From positions 257,006 to 321,005 of the forward strand of contig DAOORK010000001.1 of assembly GCA_035389185.1 (NCBI GenBank): DNA of 64,000 nucleotides. The letters run 5' to 3'. Shown in pieces: positions 48,545 to 57,453 of the stretch. Every line of letters starts with the position of its first letter. The stretch's first letter is position 1. The notes under the pieces are model-generated. The model worked only from the letters and a program-made list of their open reading frames with translations, was not told the origin of the DNA and did no database searches. This DNA comes from Candidatus Woesebacteria bacterium (GTDB taxonomy: Bacteria; Patescibacteriota; Microgenomatia; UBA1400; MFAQ01). Made by a program: the position numbers and the translations under genes.

Positions 48545-50167
48545 TTAAGAAATTAGAATCGAAACTTTTAATAAGAATCTGTTTAGCAATTCTGGTTTTA
48601 GTATTATCACAACACCATGATGTCTATTCCTTACCATTTTTTTTATGATCTCATAGGTGCACTTATTATTTGTGTTTACAATGACTGATAACCTTTGTCT
48701 TTCATAAACCGGATAATCGTTGATATCGTTTCCAAAATGAATCGTTTCGGAATCTGATATTTTTTTATTGTTATCTTTTAAGACCTTTTTGACACCTAAA
48801 TATTTATTTGTTTTAGATGAAACGATATTCAAGTATCCTTCATTAATTTCGCAAAATAGCCCAATTTCTAAAAATTGTTTTCTGTAGTTTTTTAGGTTTT
48901 GCCGATTATGTTTTAACACCAATTTATTTATTCCTCCTAATTGAATTATTTTTAAATACGACTCCAACTTATCGCAGAAATATGACTGTGGATATTTGTC
49001 TTTAAAATGTCTTATCTGATTCCTGTCATTGGAATAGAAAACATAATTGAGGATATTTATTCTTGTCTTATTGTCAATTTTTATTTCACTTGAAGGGTAA
49101 TGTGCTATTACAATTACTTTATCCCCAATATTTCTTAGCAAACTTATAATTTGAACAAATGACTTTTTCTCAACAGGAATGTTGTGAATGATATTTTCGA
49201 CTTTAAGATTACTAATATTAGTATTTTTATCCAAGATTATTGCACCTTCGTTTAATACTGAAGGAAGAGTGAATAGGTCAGATACTTTATTCACCTCTTT
49301 GTCACATCTTTTTTTAATTTTTTGTATAAAACTACTAGGTCCTGCCCCGGTGACTACGATTGTGTCTGAATTTGTTTTTCTGATTGATCTGATACCTTTT
49401 AGTGGAAATTTATTATTGTTAATTATCGTTCCATCGAGATCAAAACTTAAAAGCTTAATATTTTGGAATAGATTTTTCTTTTGATTCAGAGTTCTAGTAA
49501 TTCCTTCAATTGAATCAACAAACAAGGTTTCCAATCCGCAATAATTTCCCTGTTTCTCGAGACAAGATGCCCCAATAGCACCGCCCGGATGATTTCTTAA
49601 AAAGTCTTTAAGCCTTATAGGAAATAGCTCAATGATTGACATAGCAAGTGATTGTAAATACATTAAAAAGGCTATCGTTGAATTGTTCGGGACAAGATTC
49701 CACGGATCTCCCTCATTTGGAATATTTAACACTACTTTCTGATCGACAAGATTTGCAGATCCCGATTCTGATGAACAGGTTAATAACCAAATTTCACAGT
49801 TACGTTTTTTTAGCTGATTGAGGAGCAAAATTGTTTCAGATGTATTTCCGCTTTTCGAGATGACTATGACCAGATCACCATCATGAACTGCTCCTAAATC
49901 ACCATGAATTGCACTGTTTGTATGCAAAAAATTTGCCCTTAATCCGAATGATGTTAACGAGCCAACAAATTTTTCACAAACAGGTACGTTTTTCCCTAAG
50001 CCAGATACAATTACCGATTTGTTGCTCTTTAGAGCATTAATACATTGTTTCAGTAATATATTTGAGTCTTTTTTCTTAAGCTGATTTTGACAATAGGACA
50101 AAGAATTAATTTGTTGAGAAAAATGCCAGTCAATTATTCCGCTTAATTTATTCTTAAGAGGTTTCAT
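48545..50167 (-). CDS. KpsF/KdsD-type SIS isomerase (arabinose-5-phosphate isomerase-like) fused to a Cof-type HAD phosphatase
   Basis: SGLGK, FLH...HGDLG, SKSGNTSE, HPGGAIG with no CBS pair; then FDLDGT, VTG, NK, FGNDIND (HAD motifs I-IV). Confidence 0.82.
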   Translation of the reverse strand: MKPLKNKLSGIIDWHFSQQINSLSYCQNQLKKKDSNILLKQCINALKSNKSVIVSGLGKNVPVCEKFVGSLTSFGLRANFLHTNSAIHGDLGAVHDGDLVIVISKSGNTSETILLLNQLKKRNCEIWLLTCSSESGSANLVDQKVVLNIPNEGDPWNLVPNNSTIAFLMYLQSLAMSIIELFPIRLKDFLRNHPGGAIGASCLEKQGNYCGLETLFVDSIEGITRTLNQKKNLFQNIKLLSFDLDGTIINNNKFPLKGIRSIRKTNSDTIVVTGAGPSSFIQKIKKRCDKEVNKVSDLFTLPSVLNEGAIILDKNTNISNLKVENIIHNIPVEKKSFVQIISLLRNIGDKVIVIAHYPSSEIKIDNKTRINILNYVFYSNDRNQIRHFKDKYPQSYFCDKLESYLKIIQLGGINKLVLKHNRQNLKNYRKQFLEIGLFCEINEGYLNIVSSKTNKYLGVKKVLKDNNKKISDSETIHFGNDINDYPVYERQRLSVIVNTNNKCTYEIIKKMVRNRHHGVVIILKPELLNRFLLKVSILIS

Positions 50168-51684
50168 AAATCATCTTCTAAAATATCATTAATCAGATAT
50201 ACCCCTTTATAAAAGGCGCCGCATATTGAATCATAATTATCCCACGTGTATGAAGTAAGTGATAACCAAATTATTGCGTGTATTATTTTGATTTTTCTTA
50301 TATCTCTGTTAATTAGTTTAAAAAATTGTTTTTCTAGTTTATGCCAACCACTTGATGATATTTTTATAGAAATATTATTATCATCAATTGTTAACCTAAA
50401 ATTTTTTCTGTTGAACTGGTCGTAGTCTCCGATAATTGAATAATATAGTTTTGCCCAATCATAGTCTTCATCTCCAAATAATATTTCTTTCCCGAAGTAA
50501 CCTCTTGGATCAATAAAAACAATTCTTGAATCTGATGAAAAGATTATATTTGAGAACGTTATATCTCCATGAATAACCTTGTAATCGTTCGAATAGTAAG
50601 GTTTTATTAGATCTTCGACAATTTTGAAGTTTTTGTACACATTGATGCATTTTTTCCCGTTTATCATAATATAGTCCTGATCAATCAAAGGAATTAAACT
50701 GGCGATCTTTGTCATCCTTTCCTTAGTCTTTGAAAGAAATGCTATGTCATTATTTTGGTGATAATCTTGCTTTTTGGTTGGTTTAATTACATGTATTGTC
50801 CTTATTTGTTCAATAATTTTTTTCAAAATATTATTTTTTTCTCTTAAACTCATTCGCATCTCATAGAGAGGTTTCCCATTAATAAATTTCATTGTTAATG
50901 GGTCGTAGGATAGAATCCGAGGAAGAAAATCAATTTTGTATGATTCCAGCGATTGATACCATTTTTTTTCAAGTAATGCCAAATCCATCCCTTGTTTATT
51001 TACTGGAATTTTTTTAAGTATGCCCTTTTCTACTTCAATACGATTGAAAGCTCGGGAAACTAAACTAGCGTTACAAAATTTTGAGTATTTATGTAGCGTT
51101 CCGATTTCTTTTATACCTTCTGGATAAAACTGAACCATTGCAACTCTGTCATTTCTGAGAAATTTGCAAAACTCCGTTTCGTTAGGAATATTTGATAACG
51201 CTTTTTTGTCTTTAAAAACGAACAATCCGATTATTCCTCTTCTTTTACTCGGTTGCTCAACAGGTAAACCTCTTTGGAAACTCCATCGACATTTAAACTG
51301 ATTGGAAAGCCCAATGTAGTTCGTAGACGAAGATAGTTTATTTATAAAATTGGCATTTTCCAAATACAGATCACACCAAATTAGCAAAAAGGGGGTTTTT
51401 GATGGTATTTTCCTCAGACACTGTTTTATTCCACCGCCATCAAATTTGTAATGAGTTTTTACTATTTCATAATTATCTGTTGGAGAATAGATTGAAAGAT
51501 ATTTTTTAAGTAAGTCACTCTTATAATCGGAAATTATCAGAATTTTTGCTTTAGGAAATAATTTTATTGTCCTAATAATTAAGGGTTCGTTATTGATGGA
51601 AATAAGTGCTTTGGGTTTATTTGCTGTCAAATAGCCCATTCTATTACCCCTTCCCCCCGCTTGAATTATGACGTATTTAACCAT
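50164..51684 (-). CDS. Nucleotidyltransferase fused to an APH/choline-kinase-like phosphotransferase
   Basis: QAGGRGNRM...KPKAL, IWCD; C-terminal HGDITFSN, FIDPRGYFG, GD.DYDWAKL. Confidence 0.82.
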   Translation of the reverse strand: MVKYVIIQAGGRGNRMGYLTANKPKALISINNEPLIIRTIKLFPKAKILIISDYKSDLLKKYLSIYSPTDNYEIVKTHYKFDGGGIKQCLRKIPSKTPFLLIWCDLYLENANFINKLSSSTNYIGLSNQFKCRWSFQRGLPVEQPSKRRGIIGLFVFKDKKALSNIPNETEFCKFLRNDRVAMVQFYPEGIKEIGTLHKYSKFCNASLVSRAFNRIEVEKGILKKIPVNKQGMDLALLEKKWYQSLESYKIDFLPRILSYDPLTMKFINGKPLYEMRMSLREKNNILKKIIEQIRTIHVIKPTKKQDYHQNNDIAFLSKTKERMTKIASLIPLIDQDYIMINGKKCINVYKNFKIVEDLIKPYYSNDYKVIHGDITFSNIIFSSDSRIVFIDPRGYFGKEILFGDEDYDWAKLYYSIIGDYDQFNRKNFRLTIDDNNISIKISSSGWHKLEKQFFKLINRDIRKIKIIHAIIWLSLTSYTWDNYDSICGAFYKGVYLINDILEDDL

Positions 51685-52369
51685 TCTTTAATTTTAGAAA
51701 TAAGGTTGACCAACCTTTATTTTTGTTAAAGTCTTTGTCGTTTTTGCTCATAAAATATCCTTCTAGCATCGGTTTTGATCTAAATACCCATTTAGAAATA
51801 TATAAATTTAACATACTAAATTGTTCCCACCAGCTACCTCTTGTTATTATCTTTTTAATTATAAAATTTGTTTCGTTTACAATCTTTTTAAGCTTCTTTG
51901 AAGAATAATGGCGGTGGCCTACTAACCACCAGGCTGGGTCGAGAACACAAGACCAAAATGACTGATTTGGTGTTGAAATATATAAAACTCCTCCTTTTTT
52001 TAGGACTCTTGAAGCTTCTTTGAAAAAAATGTTTTCTGTCCCCTTTGGTATGTGCTCGAGTACTTCCCAACACACTACAGTATCGAATGATTTCATTGTA
52101 AAGGGAATTTTGATGGCGCTTCCAATTTTAAAACCGATTTCTCTGCATTTTATCGTTTTTGCTGTTTTTAAATCGTTTTTGCTAATCTCCATACCAATAA
52201 TTTTTTTTACACCTTGATTTTTTGCCCACAATTCGAACCATCCGAAGCCGCATCCAACATTAAGTACTTTTTTATTTTTGATATCTTTCTTTTCAACAAA
52301 CTTATTCACGGTAAATAACGTTCGACCAGACAACTTCATGTATGGTGTTTGATTAAGCAAGTTTTTCAT
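51677..52369 (-). CDS. Class I SAM-dependent methyltransferase
   Basis: LNVGCGFG, WEVLEH, RVLKKGG, STPN. Confidence 0.88.
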   Translation of the reverse strand: MKNLLNQTPYMKLSGRTLFTVNKFVEKKDIKNKKVLNVGCGFGWFELWAKNQGVKKIIGMEISKNDLKTAKTIKCREIGFKIGSAIKIPFTMKSFDTVVCWEVLEHIPKGTENIFFKEASRVLKKGGVLYISTPNQSFWSCVLDPAWWLVGHRHYSSKKLKKIVNETNFIIKKIITRGSWWEQFSMLNLYISKWVFRSKPMLEGYFMSKNDKDFNKNKGWSTLFLKLKNG

Positions 52370-53196
52370 TTATTTTGAAAAATATAGGAAAGCCAGGTAA
52401 TAAATCTAATGCTATACATACTTATTGCTAGTATCGGATGAGCAACAAGTTTTTTCCATTTATCGTTCTCGACGTATACGACTACTGACCTATACCAAAG
52501 ACCTAACTGTTTCGTGACATCCTTATCATCCTTTCCCCATTTGTTCACATAGCTATCAAAGGTTTTAACATATTTTTTCTTTTTTCTTAAAAAGGTTTTT
52601 AAATCGAGTAACTCTTCGTGGTGATATATGCCTTTTTGGGTGATTGAAATTTTATTTGTTTGTTTTTTAATTGTTTTTGTTAAATCCCAGTCGTCAGCAC
52701 CAAACATAATATTTTTTTCGTCATAACCACCAATTTTTTTAAACAAAGTTCGGTTTACTACTCTTATGGCATCAACAGGGGTTTTATTATAAAAGCTTCG
52801 TTCAAAGTTTCTAACTTTTCCAAAATATCCGTTTCCCTTGATGGTTTCAGGAATATAAAGGGCGTCAAACCTGTTCATTTTTTGGGATATTTCCTGAAAG
52901 AGTCCTTTATCGAAAGTCATGTCGGCATCGGGAAAGAAAATTATTTCTCCTGTGGATTTTTTTAAACCCTGATTTACTTGGGCGCCACGAAAATTTTTCG
53001 TTTTATTGCCGATTACAACATCGAACACATTTTTTGTATATTTGAGAGCAATCTTTTTTGTGTCGTCATTGGAATGATTATCTACGACAATAATTTCTAT
53101 ATTTTTTCGAGGAAATTTTTGCTCTTTAATTGACTGTAGGCAATTCCCAATATGATTTTCTTCGTTTTTTGTAGCTACAATTGCGGTAATCTTCAT
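52366..53196 (-). CDS. GT2 glycosyltransferase
   Basis: TKNEE, VDNHSNDDT, PDADM, GGYDE, DDWDL; start moved to 53196. Confidence 0.85.
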   Translation of the reverse strand: MKITAIVATKNEENHIGNCLQSIKEQKFPRKNIEIIVVDNHSNDDTKKIALKYTKNVFDVVIGNKTKNFRGAQVNQGLKKSTGEIIFFPDADMTFDKGLFQEISQKMNRFDALYIPETIKGNGYFGKVRNFERSFYNKTPVDAIRVVNRTLFKKIGGYDEKNIMFGADDWDLTKTIKKQTNKISITQKGIYHHEELLDLKTFLRKKKKYVKTFDSYVNKWGKDDKDVTKQLGLWYRSVVVYVENDKWKKLVAHPILAISMYSIRFITWLSYIFQNK

Positions 53197-53201
53197 AAGA
53201 G

Positions 53202-54179
53202 TTATCTTGAATGCCAATTCCAGGCGTCCTTGATGATATCATCGATATTATATTTACTTTTCCATTTTAAAATTTTGTTAGCCTTCGATGGATCGGCCAC
53301 CAGTATTGGTGGATCACCGACCCTTTGCTTCTCTTTGATTACAGCGAATTTTGATTGATATTTTTTTACTTTATCAACGATCTCCTTAACTGATGTTCCG
53401 ATTCCAGTCCCAATATTAAAGAAATTTGTGCCTGTTTTTTTGTTCATGTACTGAAGAGCTTTCAGATGAGCATCCGCTAAATCGAGGACGTGAACATAAT
53501 CACGAATACAAGTACCGTCGGGAGTAGAATAATTATTTCCAAAGATACTAATTGATTTTCTTTTCTTTTGGGCAGCACTTATTACCAATGGAATAAGATG
53601 AGTTTCAGGATTGTGTGATTCTCCAATTTCAAAACCTGCCCCAGCTGCATTAAAATATCTCAGTCTAACGGAATTCACTTTGTATATTTGCCAATACCAT
53701 TCGAGGATTTTCTCGAACATCAGTTTACTTTCCCCATACGGATTGATGGGAGAATTTGGCTGATCTTCTGTTATAGGAGTAGTCTTTGGTGTGCCATATA
53801 CAGCGCAACTTGAAGAAAATACAATTTTTTTACATCCGTTTGCTACCATTGCTTCGAGTAGATTAACACCTCCTTGAATATTATTTTCAAAATACTTTCC
53901 AGGATTTTCCATTGATTCGCCGACAAAAGCATATGCTGCGAAATGAATTACCGAATCAATCTTGTGTTCCTTGAATATTTTAGCGACTGTTTTTTTGTTT
54001 AACAAATCTCCTTTTACAAAAACTACTCCTTTGGGTAAATATGACTTATGTCCATAAATCAAATTATCAACTACAACAATATTTTTTGGGTCAATTCCCT
54101 GATTAACAAAGTAATGAACTGTGTGAGAACCTATGTAGCCAGCTCCTCCTGTTATTAATATTTTTTTATCGTTATTCAT
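53202..54179 (-). CDS. galE: UDP-glucose 4-epimerase, second copy
   Basis: TGGAGYIGSH, VGESM, FSSSCA, NPYGESK, RYFNAAG, DGTCIRDYVHV. Confidence 0.92.
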   Translation of the reverse strand: MNNDKKILITGGAGYIGSHTVHYFVNQGIDPKNIVVVDNLIYGHKSYLPKGVVFVKGDLLNKKTVAKIFKEHKIDSVIHFAAYAFVGESMENPGKYFENNIQGGVNLLEAMVANGCKKIVFSSSCAVYGTPKTTPITEDQPNSPINPYGESKLMFEKILEWYWQIYKVNSVRLRYFNAAGAGFEIGESHNPETHLIPLVISAAQKKRKSISIFGNNYSTPDGTCIRDYVHVLDLADAHLKALQYMNKKTGTNFFNIGTGIGTSVKEIVDKVKKYQSKFAVIKEKQRVGDPPILVADPSKANKILKWKSKYNIDDIIKDAWNWHSR

Positions 54180-54192
54180 TGTTTATCTTTTA

Positions 54193-55650
54193 TTAGGAAA
54201 AATCTGTAAGATGCCCGATAACCTTACCGGCGGCTCGGAAAAGGAATTTGACATCATCGATATTTCTAATTGAGGTGATCTTTTTGATAATGAATTTTGG
54301 AGTAATAAATGAACGATAGAGGTCTTGGGTAAGTTCTTTTACTTGGGTACTGGTGAGAGGACATTTCATCACTTGTTCTCTTTGATCAAAACGGTCGTAA
54401 TCAGTAAAGTTTAAAAGATCATTTTCCAAGCAGAATTTATAAAGAGGAGTACCGGGATAAGGAATAAGAATGGTGGCTTGAAGAGTGTCCACAAACCCAT
54501 TTTTAAATAACTTTTTGGACAGATTGACTGTTCTCTGGGCATCTTTGTAGGTTTCCCAAGGATAACCGATCATTGTCGTGATATGGGGCTCAAGACCAGC
54601 CTCTTTGCACATCTTTAGACCAGGAGCAATCTCTTTTACTTTTAGATTTTTATTGATCTTGTCGAGAGTCTTCTGGTTTGCTGATTCCAATCCAAAGAGA
54701 ATAAATCTGAATCCGGCCTTTTTCATTAGCTGCCAAGTTTCCGGTTTACGAATACCGGTGATGCGCATATTACAGCTCATGACAATTTTTTTGTTGTACC
54801 CGCGATCGATCATTCCCTGACAAAAATCAATTAGCCACTTGCCTATTGGGAGACTGCCCGAGTCTTCCATAATCTCTTTGACGCCGAGATCGATTAACTG
54901 GCCAACTTCATCTAAGGCTAGTTTGGCCGATCGAGTACGGAATTTGTTTCCGGGAAAAAGTGTTGTCCAAGAACAAAAAGCACATTTACCCCACCAACAG
55001 TCCCGACCAGACATCATATAAGCACCTGGAGTGTGTTTGAAGTTGCCATTTTTGTAAGCGTAGTTTTGCCATTTTGTGAGTCGACGATCGATCATTGGAA
55101 GTTCATCTAGGGCGTGAGAGTGCGGGTCGTAGACTCCGGTATTTTTTATTGTTTTTCCGTCTTTGTACCAGACACCGCCAGAAAAGTCTCCTTTGCGATT
55201 TAGCTTGGCCACGATTGAAGCAAGAATAAAATCGTAATCTCCCCCAGCAATGACATAATCAACCTTTGAATTCTCAAATGTCTCTTGGGGAAGAGCGGTT
55301 ACGTGATCCCCCATTAATACAATTTTTGATTTGGGAAGTTTCTTCTTTAGCTCGTTAACAATCAGCCAATGGCGTTTTACTACCGGAGTTTTTGTTTCAA
55401 AAACGATCAGATCAGGATGTCTTTTGACAGTTCTCTTGAACCACTGGACATAGGTCAGTTCTTCGGCAATGCCATCGTCCCAGTAGACTTTGTAGCCTTG
55501 CGACTTGAGTAAAGTAGCTGCATATGCGGGAATAACCGGATAGATGAAGGTTGGGCTGGTAAACCATTGGAACTGTCTGTTTTGGGATAGAAGAGGTGTT
55601 CCCTTTTCAGACTCAAGTGGTGGGTAACTAATAGAAATTGTTTTTATCAT
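54193..55650 (-). CDS. Cobalamin-binding-domain radical SAM protein
   Basis: GRDCWWGKCAFC cluster motif, GLES, MIGYPWET, PYPGTPLY; N-terminal B12-binding-like domain. Confidence 0.85.
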   Translation of the reverse strand: MIKTISISYPPLESEKGTPLLSQNRQFQWFTSPTFIYPVIPAYAATLLKSQGYKVYWDDGIAEELTYVQWFKRTVKRHPDLIVFETKTPVVKRHWLIVNELKKKLPKSKIVLMGDHVTALPQETFENSKVDYVIAGGDYDFILASIVAKLNRKGDFSGGVWYKDGKTIKNTGVYDPHSHALDELPMIDRRLTKWQNYAYKNGNFKHTPGAYMMSGRDCWWGKCAFCSWTTLFPGNKFRTRSAKLALDEVGQLIDLGVKEIMEDSGSLPIGKWLIDFCQGMIDRGYNKKIVMSCNMRITGIRKPETWQLMKKAGFRFILFGLESANQKTLDKINKNLKVKEIAPGLKMCKEAGLEPHITTMIGYPWETYKDAQRTVNLSKKLFKNGFVDTLQATILIPYPGTPLYKFCLENDLLNFTDYDRFDQREQVMKCPLTSTQVKELTQDLYRSFITPKFIIKKITSIRNIDDVKFLFRAAGKVIGHLTDFS

Positions 55651-56651
55651 CTCTTTAGTTTAGCAGTAAAGAAAAATCCTTCCATAAATTTCAGACCATA
55701 CCAAGAGTGAGTGAGAAAAATAGCAGGAATTGAGACTAGACCTTGAAAAATACTCTGAGAGCGCTTGGATATCCAAACAGAGTTGACAACAAGAGACAAT
55801 ATATAAAGACAAAGAAAAAATAGACCTGTTTGGCGAATCAAACTAAAAAGTGACGAGTTGACGAAAAAGGATAATAGAAGAAGGACCAAACCAATATCCA
55901 TCAACGAGGGTAGCATATATAACGGACGAAGCGATGTTTGGGGAAGCACTTTAGCAAAGAAACCTCGGTGTAGTCCAAAATTGCCGTTTTGCCTTAGGTG
56001 ACCCCGCCACAATAGCCGACGGTGATGATAGACAATCGTTTTGGGATCATAGATTATTCTCTTGCCGGTTTTGTTGACTAGGTCAAGACAGAGTTTGGTA
56101 TCTTCACCAGGCCAGTAATTTGAGTCGAAACCACCTACGGATAAAAAATCTGTTCGACGGATCGACAAATTCATGGAGGGAAAATCGTCCACGTATTTTT
56201 TTGCACCGGCTAAGAATCGGTAGTAGTAGAACCCTGATCCAAAAGGAGACGCTGAGGCCCACCCTGAGGCCTCTTCTTGCCAAGAAACACCTGGAGGTGT
56301 GACTCCTGGTCCTCCGACCGCGACAATGTCTTTTTTGGAGAAATGGCGAACAATACTTGCTAGCCAGTTTGGGTTTGGATAGGCATCATCGTCAATGAAG
56401 GCGATGATGTCACCTTTGGCGACCTCGGCTCCATGATCACGTTTGTTAGCAGGCGGAATATACTTCCCCTGGTAATCAATAATTTTTAGGTGGGGATATT
56501 TGATTTTTTTGGGGTGATCGGTTTCTAGAATTATTTCAAAATGTTTGTAGGTTTGTTTTTGAAGGGCATCCAAACACTCGATCAGATATGGATTGTTTTT
56601 CTTGTAATCAATTACAACAACAGACACAAGGAGATCCTTTTGCTTATTCAT
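55647..56651 (-). CDS. GT2 glycosyltransferase with C-terminal TMs
   Basis: FIDDD, VGGP, GGFD, GEDTKLC. Confidence 0.85.
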   Translation of the reverse strand: MNKQKDLLVSVVVIDYKKNNPYLIECLDALQKQTYKHFEIILETDHPKKIKYPHLKIIDYQGKYIPPANKRDHGAEVAKGDIIAFIDDDAYPNPNWLASIVRHFSKKDIVAVGGPGVTPPGVSWQEEASGWASASPFGSGFYYYRFLAGAKKYVDDFPSMNLSIRRTDFLSVGGFDSNYWPGEDTKLCLDLVNKTGKRIIYDPKTIVYHHRRLLWRGHLRQNGNFGLHRGFFAKVLPQTSLRPLYMLPSLMDIGLVLLLLSFFVNSSLFSLIRQTGLFFLCLYILSLVVNSVWISKRSQSIFQGLVSIPAIFLTHSWYGLKFMEGFFFTAKLKR

Positions 56652-57441
56652 AGCGAAGTTTTAGATTGGGGTCGCCCTGCCAAAGGTCGTGATGATTATC
56701 GTCGTAGTAACGAAGAATATAGGTGCGGTAAATAATGGCTAAGTAGTCGATGGCAAAGTTTTGTACCGATTGAAGACCGATATTGCTTTGGAAGTTATAG
56801 TTTATCTCGACCGGAGACTCGTAGATTTTTTTGAAACCTAGACGATTGGCCACGGCAAGCATTTCCAGATCAAAAGCCCAACGCTTAACAAGTAATCGAG
56901 GAAGTACTTTGACCAAAACCTCTCTTCTGAAAACTTTGAGGCCCGTTTGGGTATCAGAGACATTGAGACCAAAAAAGAAGCGGGTGGCTTTTTGGACAAG
57001 AAAACTTAAGATTTTTCTTTTGAAAGGATAAACAACTTTGCTTGCATGGTGTCGTTTGGAACCGATAATAATATCGGCATCGTACCACTTCATGTGTTCA
57101 AGAGCCAAACCAATTCCTTTTGCATTGAGATCAGAACCGGCATCGATAAAAGCGATTATTCCTCCTTTGGCTCTGGCCATACCAAAACGAATGGCATAAC
57201 CCTTGCCTTTGTTTTCCGGATAAAAAAAGGTGTGCGTGTTTTTGTTTTTTATTTTTTTGGCTAATTCAAAAGTGTGATCTGATTTGTTTTTTCGGCCATC
57301 GACAACACAGATAATTTCATAAGGTCGGTTTAGTTCAGAGAGATATTGATTTAAGGTGGATAAATCACGAAAAATTGTTTTGCAGTTGTAAGCTGGAACA
57401 ATGACAGAGAGTAGATTGGGGTTGGCGGACAACTTGGTCAT
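56644..57441 (-). CDS. GT2 polyprenyl-phosphate glycosyltransferase (DPM1/DPG-synthase-like)
   Basis: PAYN, NKGKGYA, FIDAG, GSKRH, DTQTGLK, WAFDLE. Confidence 0.85.
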   Translation of the reverse strand: MTKLSANPNLLSVIVPAYNCKTIFRDLSTLNQYLSELNRPYEIICVVDGRKNKSDHTFELAKKIKNKNTHTFFYPENKGKGYAIRFGMARAKGGIIAFIDAGSDLNAKGIGLALEHMKWYDADIIIGSKRHHASKVVYPFKRKILSFLVQKATRFFFGLNVSDTQTGLKVFRREVLVKVLPRLLVKRWAFDLEMLAVANRLGFKKIYESPVEINYNFQSNIGLQSVQNFAIDYLAIIYRTYILRYYDDNHHDLWQGDPNLKLRYE

Positions 57442-57453
57442 AATCTTTCCGAA

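Larger units (their letters stand above)
39718..54190. other. AT-rich, probably horizontally acquired glycan cassette
   Basis: Hand-counted 60-mers: 14/60 GC at 48541 and 9/60 at 50281 versus 31/60 at 6061; redundant galE at the upstream edge; boundaries approximate. Confidence 0.6.

Noticed and set aside
48545-50167. Reading the SIS protein as evidence for Kdo/LPS synthesis, or as GmhA
   Set aside because: No kdsA, kdsB, waaA or lpx genes in the window; motifs are KpsF-type rather than GmhA-type; the HAD is Cof-like rather than KdsC-like. Cannot be excluded genome-wide
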